DNA of 64,000 nt, from the NCBI RefSeq assembly GCF_001194135.2, contig NC_068989.1:81451874-81515873 (forward strand), given 5' to 3'. The DNA comes from Octopus bimaculoides. Its lineage: Eukaryota. Each line of letters starts with the position of its first letter. Positions within the stretch are counted from its first letter, which is position 1. A program made the translations under genes and the position numbers. The notes beneath the pieces were generated by a model, which saw only the letters and a program-made list of their open reading frames with translations, had not been told where the DNA came from and did no database searches. Positions 37,990-51,026 of this stretch are shown here, in pieces.

Positions 37990-38335
37990 TCATCATCATC
38001 ATCGTTTAACGTCCGCTTTCCATGCTAGCATGGCTTGGATGATTTGACTGAGGACTGGTGAAACCAGATGGCTACACCAGGCTCCAATCTGATTTGGCAG
38101 AGTTTCTACAGCTGGATGCCCTCCCTAATGCCAACCACTCCAAGAGTGTAGTGGGTGCTTTTACGTACCACCGGCACGAAGGCCAGTCAGGCAGTACTGG
38201 CAATGGCTGCGCTCAGAATGGTGTATTTTACGTGCCACCTGCACAGGAGCCAGTCCAGCGGCACTGGCAACGATCTTGCTCGAATGTCTTTTCACGTGCC
38301 ACCGGCTCAAGTGCCAGGAAGGTGATGCTGGTAAA
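37990..38335 (-). mobile_element. SINE family B copy
   Basis: (CAT)n then CGTTTAACGTCCGCTTTCCATGCTAGCATGG... This explains the recurrent spurious ORF MKPDGYTRLQSDLAEFLQLDALP. Confidence 0.85.
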
Positions 38336-38816
38336 TATTGCTTAGGCATTGCAATACTAATAATCTGGTGTAGAACTCAATATATGTATGCCTCTAAATG
38401 AAGCATTAGTTGAGTACTGAGCAACACTTCATGTTTGAGATGAGATTCTGATGAAACTGTAATGTGTTATTCAAGCACTCAACTATGGAGTCTGCCACAT
38501 GTTACAGAGGAAACAGCTGTAACCTAATGAAGTCCATGAGATAATGGTTTGCTCCTTTCTCATCTCATTTCTTTTATATATATATATATATATNNNNNNN
38601 NNNNNNNNNNNNNNNNNNNNNNNNNNNNNNNNNNNNNNNNNNNNNNNNNNNNNNNNNNNNNNNNNNNNNNNNNNNNNNNNNNNNNNNNNNNNNNNNNNNN
38701 NNNNNNNNNNNNNNNNNNNNNNNNNNNNNNNNNNNNNNNNNNNNNNNNNNNNNNNNNNNNNNNNNNNNNNNNNNNNNNNNNNNNNNNNNNNNNNNNNNNN
38801 NNNNNNNNNNNNNNNN

Positions 38817-39150
38817 TTACGAACCACATGGTCCGGGTTCAGTCCCACTGCGTGACACCTTGGGAAAGTGTCTTCTACTATAGCCTCGGGCCAACCAAAG
38901 CCTTGAGTGGATTTGGAAGACGGAAACTGAAAGAAGCCCTTCGTATATATGTGTGTGTGTGTGTTTGTCCCCCCAACATTGCTTGACAACCAATGCTGGT
39001 GTGTTTACATCCCCGTAACTTAGCAGTTCGGCAAAAGACACCGATAGAATAAGTACTAGGCTTACAAAGAGTAAGTCCTGGGGTCAATTCACTCGACTAA
39101 AGGCGGTGCTCCAGCATGGCCACAGTCAAATGACTGAAACAAGTAAAAGA
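38817..39150 (+). mobile_element. SINE family A copy; 5' end in a gap
   Basis: Reverse complement of the family A copies above. Confidence 0.85.
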
Positions 39151-39779
39151 GTATATATATATATATAAACAGTCTTGTCACACCCCCTACTGTCTTTAAC
39201 AATCTTACAGTCAATATTAGTGATAAGATATCTAATCTCTCCCCCTTCTCTAAGGAAATATTCAATACAGTAGCCCCAAAAGTGGCTTCAAAGGGAAGAT
39301 GCTTAACACTCCTATCATAAAAAGAATGAAGCCTAAAAATAGACCTAAGAAAAAACTATATGGTTTCTTCTCCACCTTCTGCAACCCCAGCCTCTTTTTT
39401 TTTTTTCCTTGAATGTGAAGACAAAACATAGAAAATTCCTAGCCTTGATAGAAAAGCATTTCCCAGATATCCATAGTATAAGAATATTTTTAATAGACAT
39501 TCTGCAGAAGTTTCTTGCAGCTGCTACCTCAACACGAAGAACATTATTACATGTAAATCACACCAGGTACCCATCCTAAAATATAACTGCAGAAACCTAG
39601 ATACCTGCCCACTCAACAAGGCATGCATGGCTTGCCCAGTTTTATATATGAAGTTTCAGCCACCTCACTTCTACCAAATAACAAAACTGTAAAGAAAAAA
39701 ATATATTGGACAAAGTGGAAGTGATTTTTAAAAAAAAGACATATCAGCCACCAGTCTTTTTTCTGACATGGGATAAGAA

Positions 39780-40030
39780 GAAAATTGTTGCATGACAATA
39801 CAAATCTCGTCCTTTCCAACTATCACCTCTTTAAATCACTCACACATCCTTTAAGAGGCTGTCGATCTACTATGGATAAAGAGGTGCAGGAAATGGTACA
39901 TAAATGGCTGCACAACCAGCTAAAACTTCTTTCTCTGATGGAATAAGCAAGCTTGTAGACCACTGAAAGGAGTGCATTTAAAAGCACTGTTTTAATAAAT
40001 TACAGAAACAGGAGTGCATATAATTCTTGA
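39780..40030 (+). mobile_element. Mariner 3' fragment with TIR-like end
   Basis: YHLFKSL...LRGCRSTMDKEVQEMVHKWLHNQ..FSDGISKLVDH*KECI is the mariner C-terminus. Ends TAATTCTTGACCTACCCTTC. Confidence 0.7.
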
Positions 40031-40039
40031 CCTACCCTT

Positions 40040-40516
40040 CATCATCATCATCATCATCATCGTTTAACGTCCGCTTTCCATGCTAGCATGGGTTGGACGA
40101 TTTGACTGAGGACTGGTGAAACCGGATGGCAACACCAGGCTCCAGTCTGATTTGGCAGAGTTTCTACAGCTGGATGCCCTTCCTAACGCCAACCACTCAG
40201 AGAGTGTAGTGGGTGCTTTTACGTGTCACCCGCACGAAAACGGCCACGCTCGAAATGGTGTCTTTTATGTGCCACCCGCACANNNNNNNNNNNNNNNNNN
40301 NNNNNNNNNNNNNNNNNNNNNNNNNNNNNNNNNNNNNNNNNNNNNNNNNNNNNNNNNNNNNNNNNNNNNNNNNNNNNNNNNNNNNNNNNNNNNNNNNNNN
40401 NNNNNNNNNNNNNNNNNNNNNNNNNNNNNNNNNNNNNNNNNNNNNNNNNNNNNNNNNNNNNNNNNNNNNNNNNNNNNNNNNNNNNNNNNNNNNNNNNNNN
40501 NNNNNNNNNNNNNNNN

Positions 40517-40552
<36 letters not shown>

Positions 40553-41308
40553 GCATGACAGAGGCTTTGACAAAAGACCAAAACCTCTGGAGATATGCTG
40601 TGACTGAGAAGACCCGGCAATTAAAGTGAGTTCACAGCTGTAGCCTACGCCAGTGTCGCATAACCAGCCCACTCAAAAGTACCTTGGATCGTAGGGCAAC
40701 ATGCCGTGCTTGAGGAGACCTATTGAGTCAAATGCATCAAAATCAAATGGAAATTGTAGTTGTGATCCCCATGCCAGTGGCACGTAAAAAGCATCGTCCG
40801 AACGTGGCCGATGCGAGTGCCACCTTGACAGGCTTCCATGCCGGTGGCACATAAAAAGCACCAACCAATCGTGGTCATTGCCAGCCCCCTCTGACCCCAG
40901 CGTCAGTGGCATGTAAAAAGCACCCACTACACTCTCGGAGTGGTTGGCATTAGGAAGGGCATCCAGCTGTAGAAACACTGCCAGATCAGACAGGAGCCTG
41001 GTGCAAACTCCTGGCTTCCCAGACCCCAGTCAAACCATACAACCCATGCCAGCATGGAAAATGGACGTTAAACAGTAATGATAATGATGATGACACACAC
41101 ACACATATATTTATATATACACACATATATGTCTGAGTGTGTATACATATACATATGATATTATTAGGAAGGGCATCCAGCTGTAGAAACTCTGCCAAAT
41201 TTAGATTGGAGCCTGGTGTAACCATCCGGTTTCACCAGTCCTCAGTCAAATCGTCCAACCCATGCTAGCATGGAAAGCGGACGTTAAACGATGATGATGA
41301 TGATGATA
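40040..41308. mobile_element. Cluster of SINE family B copies in both orientations around an assembly gap
   Basis: Minus copy at 40040-40282; plus copies at about 40600-41095 and 41160-41308. Confidence 0.8.
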
Positions 41309-41556
41309 CACACATACATACATATATAGATATACATATACATACACATATATAAACATACATATATATTATAGAATACATCCAGTACATTCAGTAAAGT
41401 GTTTGGTGATGAGAAGGGTATCCGGCTAAAGATACCATGCTAAACTTAGTGCACATGCACAACAGAGTTCAAGGTCAATCTATGCCAAGCAGCTTCACTC
41501 TGCATACTTTAGGTTCGTTACAACGGCAAGTCAGGATACTTATTGATCAACCCACG

Positions 41557-41594
<38 letters not shown>

Positions 41595-42729
41595 CGTGCG
41601 TGTGTGTGTGTGTGATTGTATGTATGTAACATGTACATAAGATGTACATATACAGCATAGCAATATACAACACAAGTGTGCATTGCATACTTTAATGTTT
41701 TCACAAGTAAGCCAAACATACAAACATCTATACACAAACACATGCATATATATATAGATAGCTGTCCTTCTGCTATTGTCTCAAGAGGCTGACCAATACC
41801 TTGTGCATGGAATTGGTAGATATTAACTGTAGGAATCATGTTGTGTGTGTATTTAAGCAGGTGTGTCTGTTTATGCTCTCTCATTGTCGTAACATCCATG
41901 CACTGCATAAAAACATTGTGAATGTCTATGTCATAGTGACTGTGTTCACATATCCAGCCACTAAGTGGCTCATTGTCTGAAGGGCTAAGAAAAATAGTAT
42001 CCTACTTGGAAAAAGGTGAAAATTGATAACAGGAAGAGCATACCACCATAGAGAAACTGTCTCTATCAGTGTTATCTGAACTATACCATCGTGGGAAAGT
42101 GGACATCAAAATGATGATCACACACACACACACACGTTTACATGTCTGCATTTTGTTACAAGTTGAAGCTTCTTGAATCATTACTCAGAGTTTCACACTA
42201 GTGGTTATTCAAACAATTCAAGTATGGTAGTTGTCTGGCAAAGGACAGTATCTAAACAAAAATATTCATAAACATGAAAATATGATTAGTGATTGAGATT
42301 TCATTGGTTGCTAAAAACTGTTAGAAAAATATGTCATTGAGTCATCTCTTTAATTGTTAGGTGCAGGCATGGCTGTGTGGTAAGAAGCTTGCTTACCAAC
42401 CACATGGTTCCGGGTTCAGTCCCATTGCATGGCACCTTGTGCAAGTGTCTTCTACTATAGCGTTGGGCTGACAAAAGCTTTGTGAGTGGAAACTGAAAGA
42501 AGCCTGTCGTATATATACATATATACATATATATATATGGATAGGAAGGACAACAAAAGAAAGAAAGAGACCTCGATATTATGTAAATAGAGGAATTTAT
42601 CTGTAAAAATATGTGGGCTACCGAATAAGTGTCACATATTTTTACAGATATATATATATGTGTGTGTGTGTGTACTGTATGTGGTCGATTATCATGAGCC
42701 CTTGTAATCTCTTTTGTGAGATTCAACAT

Positions 42730-44090
42730 CTTGATCCCATGCCTTGCTAGCTCTTCCTGTTCAACAGGTTCCAGCCATTTTGAGTACTAAACACATCGTC
42801 TATACATGTCACATACTTGTACTAATGCAGTTTTCCCTCCTCTTATACACAACTTTCTGTCAGTTCATTTCTACTCTATTGCACAAACACATGAACATTA
42901 CACATCCAGTGAAGCATGCTTGCTTCGTTTCTTTTTAGTCTTTGAAAACCAAGTCCCACATCTCACTACAATGTAACATCACTCTTTGCACACAAGCATC
43001 ATACAATTTACCCTTTACTCTGAGGGCAAGACCCTTTGTTGCTAATAGAACTTTTTCCAACCTGTTCTTACTCTGGCAACTCTGCTTTCAGGATAACCAT
43101 ACCCCTGCTAATTAGGTCACTTAATTAAAAGAAGCTATTGAATACTTCTAGGGAACCATCTGGGCATTTGAGAGAAGCTGTTTTTGGGGAGTTTAATGCT
43201 CTTATGAAGGTTAACTTTGCTATTAGCCTATCAGTAATCTCACTACACCTCTTGCACATCCCCTGTTTACACTGTATGATGTTTCTACCAACTTCTTTTT
43301 TGCATACCCAGTACTGCTATGTCACTGATGGCTGCAGGATCCTGTCTTTTTTCTGATTGACATACTTCCACATTTAGAGTTTCTTCTATTAATCATCTAC
43401 AGATTCTGCTAGAAGAACAAGGTCAACTGCTACAGGAGTTCTCATAGATAGCTAGCCTTAAACTTCTCTGTCATGATTTAGAGAAATAGCCATAACAGAA
43501 AAGCACTGATGGCTCCTCCATGAGTGCACAAGAGATGCAGTGGTTTCATAGGCAGGCTGACCGAGAAGAAAGACTTTGTATAAAACTGATACATAGGACT
43601 AATTAGCAGTCAGAGCACCCACGAAATAAGTGCTTTCAAATGCTTAGAACTAGTTGATAGCTTCTGTTACATAGGTAGGCCTATTAATATTGGGAACAAG
43701 TGTTCCAAGAGCAAAGATGCCAGTAAGAATCAGCTGGAAAAAAAATTCAGGGAGCTACTGGCAACAAGACCATTTTTTCTACAAGTAAAGTGTAGATTGT
43801 GTGATACTTGTGTACAAAGTGTGCTGTTGATTAGTAGCAACAGAGCACAAAAGAATTGAGAGTAATAACAGGGTATAAGAGGAACCTCATACAGAAACAA
43901 GAGAGAAAACTGCATTGATACAGACATGTGATGGATATGGAGGATAACAATTTGGTATATAAGGAATTTAAGTGGAAGGATTATGTGGGACCTAAAAGGA
44001 CATGAGAACAAGTGGAGAAAGTTGATCTCGAAAGGCTTAACCTCATATAGGAGACAACAAAGGACCACAATAAATGGTAAGATGCAGTAT
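42730..44090. mobile_element. Two decayed RTE LINE fragments head to head (minus about 42730-43700, plus about 43720-44090)
   Basis: Minus strand: KCPDGSLEVFNSF...ARVRTGWKKF...LATKGLALRVKGKLYDACVQRVMLH.SE.W. Plus strand: WKK.FRELLATR...VKCRLCDTCVQSVLL. Both correspond to the post-RT region of RTE ORFs. Confidence 0.7.
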
Positions 44091-45564
44091 TACAAAAGGC
44101 CCATTCAACCCAAGTATGGAAATGCAGACGTAAAATAATGAAGATAATATATATATATATATATATATATTTAACAGAAAATGTTGTATATGAATGTGTC
44201 TATGTATGTGTGAGTGTGGGGGTGTGATAACAGAACAATATAGTATCCATACCTGTAATGATTTTAGAACTCCCTCCCCACACAAATGAACCAAACAACC
44301 TCTCATGCACTACACCTGCTTTTCCTCCACCATACCATGTCTTTTTCTTGTCCTCCCCTTGTCAACTGTATCATGACAATCAACTTCTTTTATAGTTGCA
44401 GGCTGCATCCCGTTCTGCTCCACATACAATCTTGTAATAGTTCCACCCACTTCTACTTACCTTGTGCCTTAAGGGGCCACCTGGACACCTAATCTCCATT
44501 ATCTATCTCTTGCAGTTCCAACTTATCATTTTCCTTCTCCCCTACTAAATGTGAGTAACCATACTGGCTCTTCTACAAGAACTTGCTCTGACCCCCACCA
44601 CTTTCTATCATACTTTAAGCTCTCATCCCTTAGCATAAAGTCAATCCCCTCCCTCAGAGTTCATAGTCTTGTGAGCTGCATGACAACCTCACTAGTGCAA
44701 GTAGCCACCCAAAAAAGCTGCAAAGTGGTTGACTTTAGGTAGGGTATCCAGTCATTAAAAATCATGCTTAAGCAGACAATAGAGAACAATGCAATCGTTG
44801 GACCCATCAGAACCTGTCCAGCCCATGCCAGCATGGAACATGGACTTTAAATGATGATGATGATAACAGCATCGTACTGTTGTTGATGTTTAGCCCAAAT
44901 CCTACCCAGTACAGACCGATGATCAAAGGGATTCCGGCACTAGTCATCGCCATCCTGTCCTTGTCTTGAGCATTAGATATCAGGGACTATTATGCAATGC
45001 ACCCTACTTTTTTTTAAGACCTTGAACAATTATTTGAGGGAAATTTGGCTACTTTCCTTAACAAAGAAAATGATCGTGTACTTGCTTAGCTCCAGGTCAA
45101 CTCTGATCGAGGAGAACCATAACTAACTACCAATATATCTTAAATCTTAGTGAAAGGCATTTCATTGCTGAAATATTAGTATGTAGCGTGGCACAAGAAT
45201 ACCTTTACATTCATCTGTACGCATGTATCTGTCATGTTGCATTTAAACAATAGAGTAACGTGGGTAGGGATGAATTAGAAACAATAATCCAGCTTGGCCA
45301 CAATTCAACGATTAAAACCAATAAAAAAACGTACGTACACACACACACAAAGAGAGAGAGAGACTATCTAGCCAGGTACACAGGCAAACCAGTGCTAATA
45401 TAAAACATTATATTATTCTAAGGTTAATGTGTATATCAATGCATATAAAAATGTAGAGTTATATTTCTATAAAGTTTTAACATACGTAGCAGAAAATATC
45501 TGAAACTGAAAACAGGAGAAAGTAGCAAGCTTGAAATGATGAAGATGACAACGATAGTTCATAC

Positions 45565-45760
45565 CTGTGTTGCTATGACAGTAACAACACTGTCAGTAGA
45601 TCTATTGCACTAGATTACTGATCGATTTCACTACCTTGATTTCTCTTCTCTGTTGATCCAAACGATATTTCTGTTAAGTGTTCGTCTGTCTTTCGCCTAT
45701 CGGTCAGACAATCTGGCCAACCACAGAAATCAACTGTTGTCAACCGCTTCTCCGTGTATC
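45565..45760 (-). other. Candidate non-coding first exon of a minus-strand gene, most simply KIF3A; 5' end approximate
   Basis: Strong donor CAACACAG|GTATGA at 45565/45564, directly downstream of a CpG-rich promoter-like patch. No ORF. Linkage to the acceptor at 31002 is inferred from strand and proximity only. Confidence 0.5.
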
Positions 45761-45850
45761 ACAGCAACGGCATAACAAGCTTTCAATACAAGCTTCCGGT
45801 ATGTCTCAATGACGTCATTTCTCACGGAGATTGCCGGAAAGAGGCGAAAT
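45740..45850. promoter_or_regulatory. Promoter-like CpG-enriched patch with a CRE palindrome flanked by ETS-type sites
   Basis: AATGACGTCATT at 45808-45819 (CRE core TGACGTCA), CTTCCGG at 45793-45799 and CCGGAA at 45834-45839. The patch is locally CpG-rich relative to the CpG-poor non-repeat DNA of the window. An X-box-like GTTGCTATGACAG lies at 45569-45581. Confidence 0.6.
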
Positions 45851-46849
45851 TTTTAAGCTTATTTCCCTTGAATTTAAATTTTGTATTTTTAAAAATAGGT
45901 TTTTATTTAAAAAACACAATTGAAAAAAACGCAACCTTTTAAATTTATTATCGACAGAAGTAAAAATGAATCGTCAAAACTTTTAAGCAAAGAATATTTA
46001 GAGATAATATTTTACGTACACAATACACTTTTTGTATTATTAGTTGAATATAAAAATTAAAAACAATTTTTCTTTCTTAAATTCATTCATTAGGATAAAA
46101 AGTTTCTGCAAATAATTCAGTCGAAAAGGGATCGAAAAAGTTTAAAATGTGAACGATATTGAACAACATTTATTACAGTATAATGTAATTTAAAATCATA
46201 TCTTTTGATATCTCTTCACAGCAACTGAGATTATTTTAAATTCTATAAATTCAGATTAATTTTTACACAACTTTTTACCACATTTGCTCAAATAGCATTG
46301 TCCTCCTGGTGCTATAACAACTGGCAAGTAGGGATTGTGTAGCCATATTGTATTTCAGAACAATTCCCTGATTGTTTTAGGCTTTCCCCTCTTTTCTTTT
46401 TCTCTTTTTCATTCAGTGAGTATATGTAAAAAAAAGTCAGACATCAGTCTTACAACTGCTGTATACTTTACTATGTGATTAGATCATATTTATGAAGACA
46501 AGCTGAGTTGAAAACAATTTAGTGTTAGGTAGATCAAAAGTAGCTTTATTATAAACACAAGTGACTGTTATTTTATGATGGAAGATCCAGACCTTGACTG
46601 GATAGCTCCGCAGAGATTTTCAATTACAACACTCCTTTACTCACACTCAGCTTGGCAATGGAGAATATGCAAAAAAGGTTTTCTTAGTATCTCAATGAAA
46701 GCAATATAACTTTGGATCATTCATCTTCCACAATTTAACTAAGAAGGTTTTTTTTTTTATTCATTAAACATTTTAATAATTATTTCAGCTGTAATTTCTG
46801 CTCATGTTGTATCATGGAAATGTGTTGAGTTTCTTTCTCATTAGAAACA

Positions 46850-47700
46850 GTAGGAATCTTCGTACAAGTGTTGTTGTTGCATCTCCTGCCAAAATGTTTT
46901 CTATCTCACAAACAACAATTCCAGATTTTAAAATCCTTGATTATTTGAAATCAAAAGATTTGACATAGACACGAAATAATCTGAAACAATGTAGAATAAT
47001 ATTTCTTAAAAGTTCAACCCCAATGATTGTTTTTGCACTTCCTGACACCAAGAACATACTTTGCTAGGGGAATGTTACTGCCACCTCTTCCAGAAATATG
47101 AGTCTAGTCTTTAGATTCACTTGTATCTCCTGGTCTGAGGTCTGATACAAAACAGAAAATTGGTCTCCCACAGCTACTTTCATCTTAGGAACCTTATCAC
47201 CTTCCCTAAGGAATCTGATACCCTTGGGTAGTGATGGCTGCTGCAGGTCTTTCTGTTTGGCAATTTCTACAAGAACTTTGTCATACCTCCATTTCTATTG
47301 GCTTTCTCCCAGTACCCTGTGCATCTGGTTAAAATGTGGTTTGGAATGCAAGGAGTTGCTCCATGCTGCTTGTAGGACAGATTCTTCCTTTTGCCCAATA
47401 TTTGAAGATTATTTGGGGTTGGGAAAAGGTCAACAATGGCACACAGGAGGAAGGATCATTTTCTCTGTCAGACACTACAATGTTCAGTGTATGTGTTTTA
47501 TTTATTTATTTATTTTTTTAGATAGAAGAGGGTGGTTCAAAAGAGATTTAGCTTCTAGTTCTAACAGCTCCATCAAACACATCGCTTTAGTATAAGCTAT
47601 AAGTTTTTGCAGGTTCTCCACAATGGCATTTTGTTGTTCATCAGAGACGGCAGTTAACAAAGTAAAATTTCTTCCAAGCTGGCTTGGAATATGTGCAGAG
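46850..47700 (-). mobile_element. Decayed restriction-like-endonuclease LINE (NeSL/HERO-like); boundaries approximate
   Basis: Across frameshifts: DLFPTPNNL...HILTRC...WRYDKVLVEIA...LIFLEEVAVT...SGSAKTIIGVELL, resembling the CCHC knuckle, WRHD.VL and PD..ELT motifs of RLE LINEs. Confidence 0.55.
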
Positions 47701-48004
47701 TGGACTTTTCACATCTTGGAAAGAATCTTAGACTGCAACTGTTAAATACATGTAGCTATGGCAGTACAACCTCTATACTTCATTAGGGCCTTCAATTAAA
47801 GAGTGACAAAATATTAACAATTCCTTAAAAAAGCCATTATTTGAAGAACATTTTAAAACTAGTCAGTTTTCTTAAATTGATTGTGTGATGCTGTTGCATA
47901 TAAATGTAGGGGAGGTTAAACGAACCTTGTGAGAACTTTGTTATTTATTTTGATAATGTGTGATCTCAATACTTAGAACTTATGTAAGTGTGGTGATATA
48001 TATA

Positions 48005-48260
48005 AACTGGTGCTCCTTCAGTTACGACGATAAGGGTTCCGGTTGATCCAATCAACAGAACAGCCTGTTTGTGAAATTAATGTGCAAGTGGCTGAGCACT
48101 CCACAGATATGTGTATACTTAATGTAGGTCTCAGGTAGATTCAGTGAGGCACTGAATGTGATGAGATTGGCCTTTGAAATACAGGTACAACTCATTTTTA
48201 CTAGTTGAGTGAACAGCAGCAATGTGAAATAAAGTGCCTTGCTCAATAACAAGAACAATG
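48005..48260. mobile_element. Fourth SINE-like family, single diverged copy
   Basis: Contains AGTTGAGTGAACAGCAGCAATGTGAAATAAAGTGCCTTGCTCAA, resembling the reverse of a conserved SINE body. Recognition only. Confidence 0.4.
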
Positions 48261-48438
48261 AAAATTTGCCTATGTAGATACCAGGCTTCTTCAACATTGT
48301 CACTTTATATAACAGTCGCTGCTCTGAATATGAAAACAGAATGAAATACTGCTATTTACAACATAAACATATATAAACAGGGTCACCTTAACAGCATTGT
48401 AGGACCCCTGGCAACCGCCCACACCTCAAGGCAGCACT

Positions 48439-48478
<40 letters not shown>

Positions 48479-48549
48479 CTTTATAACCAGACACTCAATA
48501 TTATGTATATACATACATAGATACATATACACACATGCATATACATATT

Positions 48550-48745
48550 CTTTTATTCGTTTCAGTCATTTGACTGCAGCCATGCTGGAGCACTGCCTTT
48601 AGTCGAACAAATCGACCCCACGACTTATTCTTTGTAAGCCTAGTACTTATTCTGCCAGTCTCTTTTACTGGGGACATAAATGTACCAACATTGGTTGTCA
48701 GGTGATGGTGGGGGACAAAACAGACACAAACATATACAGACACAT

Positions 48746-48784
<39 letters not shown>

Positions 48785-48985
48785 NNNNNNNNNNNNNNNN
48801 NNNNNNNNNNNNNNNNNNNNNNNNNNNNNNNNNNNNNNNNNNNNNNNNNNNNNNNNNNNNNNNNNNNNNNNNNNNNNNNNNNNNNNNNNNNNNNNNNNNN
48901 NNNNNNNNNNNNNNNNNNNNNNNNNNGCGCGCGCGCGTGCTAGGCAGGCTTCTTTCAGTTTCTGTCTGCCAAATCCACTCACATG
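48550..48985 (-). mobile_element. SINE family A copy spanning a gap
   Basis: TTTCAGTCATTTGACTGCAGCCATGCTGGAGCAC... as in the other copies. Confidence 0.75.
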
Positions 48986-50883
48986 GCACATTCATGCATC
49001 AGCCCAGCTAATATAAGTTAGGTCGAATGAAAGTCAGGTAGGATTTGTATGGGCAGGTGCGCTTCTTGTTATCAGCCCTTACTTGCTTTTCCAAGGGATT
49101 TTTTTTTTAGTTTAAAAGACATGATTTGGAAGTTTCATTAAAAATTAAAAGGCCACACAGTAACATTAAGTTAAAACACCAATAAAAAAATAGTTCCAGT
49201 AAGAAAAGTAAGAAACAGAATCAAGATATTTATTTAATTTGTGATTAAATGAAAATAAATTATTTTATCAAACAGAGAAGTGTAGTAGGAGAAGGTTTTA
49301 AAGTTTAGAAATGAGACATAAAAAATATATTATTAGAGTCCATATGAATTTCTGAAGCAGAAATTTTAGTATTGCAGACACTAAAATTTTCTCTCTGGAT
49401 TACCAAACAAAAGAAAAATCTTTGTAATAAGTTTTTAATGTCTGTTTAATATTACATTTGAAATGTTGTCACTTCACCATTCAGAGAGTAAACAGAGATA
49501 AAGATTTCATTTATAAGATGGTAAACATAACAGAGACAAGAAACTATGAGAGAACAAAAAGTAAGGAGTTTATTTTTCATGCTCTGTAGTGGTAAAAGAA
49601 TGTTTCAGTAATTGGTACAGCTGAAGTAAAGAAATTAAATCATTTACAGAACCAAGTCTCATTCAAAAAGAGATGCTTCTATCTCCAATCACTGGAATAT
49701 TTTATATCAAACAACAATTTTTGAATGTTAAGCAATGAGCTGATCTTTACCAATTCTACCAAGAATTTATAAAAATACAAAATAAACTCTCAACTTCCAA
49801 TACAAATGTGTCTATTGTTACAGACATCGAGTCTATTCTTAAAGAAGTTCAATATAGAAAAATATTGTTTATATACAAGACAATGTACACAACTATATTA
49901 CATTCTTTTTTCTTCATCTGGTTTGTTTCTCAGGATAATTGTTTATACTGACAGATGCCCTTGTAATCCTACCCACTGATTTAAGGATAGAACCTGCTGC
50001 CAGTCTGGTAAACTATAATATACAAAAGTATGTTACCCAGAGATATACACAATAATTAGCTATAGAGTGGCTTGAACTCATGACAATATGATCAGTTTTC
50101 TCCATGAAAATAGTAAAATATAATTATCAATCAATCCTTTGACAGAATGGTAGCAATATAAAGACAGGTTTTAAAAATCAGACACCAGCTCTAAGTTTAT
50201 GATCTAAGTTATTATTAATACCTTCCTCCCCCTCCTCATCATCATCAATAGCAGCAGCATCATAGAAGTAACAGAGGGTCTAATGACAATATTAAAGCAC
50301 TGTTCCCCAAAATAACATTTACAACAAAATAATTAGTAGAGTAACAATTAATACAGTAATGAACAATTGTCTATATTTCTCTCAACATCTACTGTTGTTG
50401 GAGCAGTAGATAGCCTTAATAGTCTTGCTGTGGTGTGTGGGTGGATAATGAGGGTGAGGGTCTTATAAAAGGCAAAAACCTTTCTACTTCACCCAGTAGA
50501 ATGGTTGAAAGTTCGATCACTGTTTACTGTCCTTACTTTATATATTGCTGCTAAATTTTTCACTGATCTGTCACTAAAAACTTGGCCTCAATTCAAAGTT
50601 CTTATCACATGATTTGCCAGTTTTACCTAACTTGATTCTTTAAAACTATTTACACACATAATCAAGATAAAATATTATCAAAACAAAATCAAATTAATAT
50701 TTCATTCTATCTATTTGATAAAGAAAACAAAAGAAAAAAGGAAAATAACAGAGAAAAAAAAATTAAATGTAAAGATTATAAAATATGAATTGCTGAGGCA
50801 GTTAAGTATGGACGTCGCAATCTTGGAATTGAGTTGATGTTATCAGAACTGTTGTAATATTAACAAAGGTTCTACAGGAGTCT

Positions 50884-51026
50884 TCATGTCTTTGACAGTC
50901 GATAAATAGTTTTATGGTCGTACTGCGTGTTAAGACATTGCAAATTGTCCCACCACTGGAACAAGAAATTATCCACAATTAACTGGAACCATGGAGTCAA
51001 AAGGATACCACGGTCCCGGAAATTTT
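50884..51026 (-). CDS. IDI1: IDI1 terminal coding exon (missed by the ORF track)
   Basis: Long polypyrimidine tract then ctttcAG|. Encodes (K)NFRDRGILLTPWFQLIVDNFLFQWWDNLQCLNTQYDHKTIYRLSKT*, matching human ITPWFKII..FLFKWWDNL...DHEKIYRM. TGA at 50886-50884. Confidence 0.93.

Noticed and set aside
38058-38345. Recurrent ORF MKPDGYTRLQSDLAEFLQLDALPNANH, also at 40116 and 63331
   Set aside because: Antisense reading of SINE family B copies, not a gene family.
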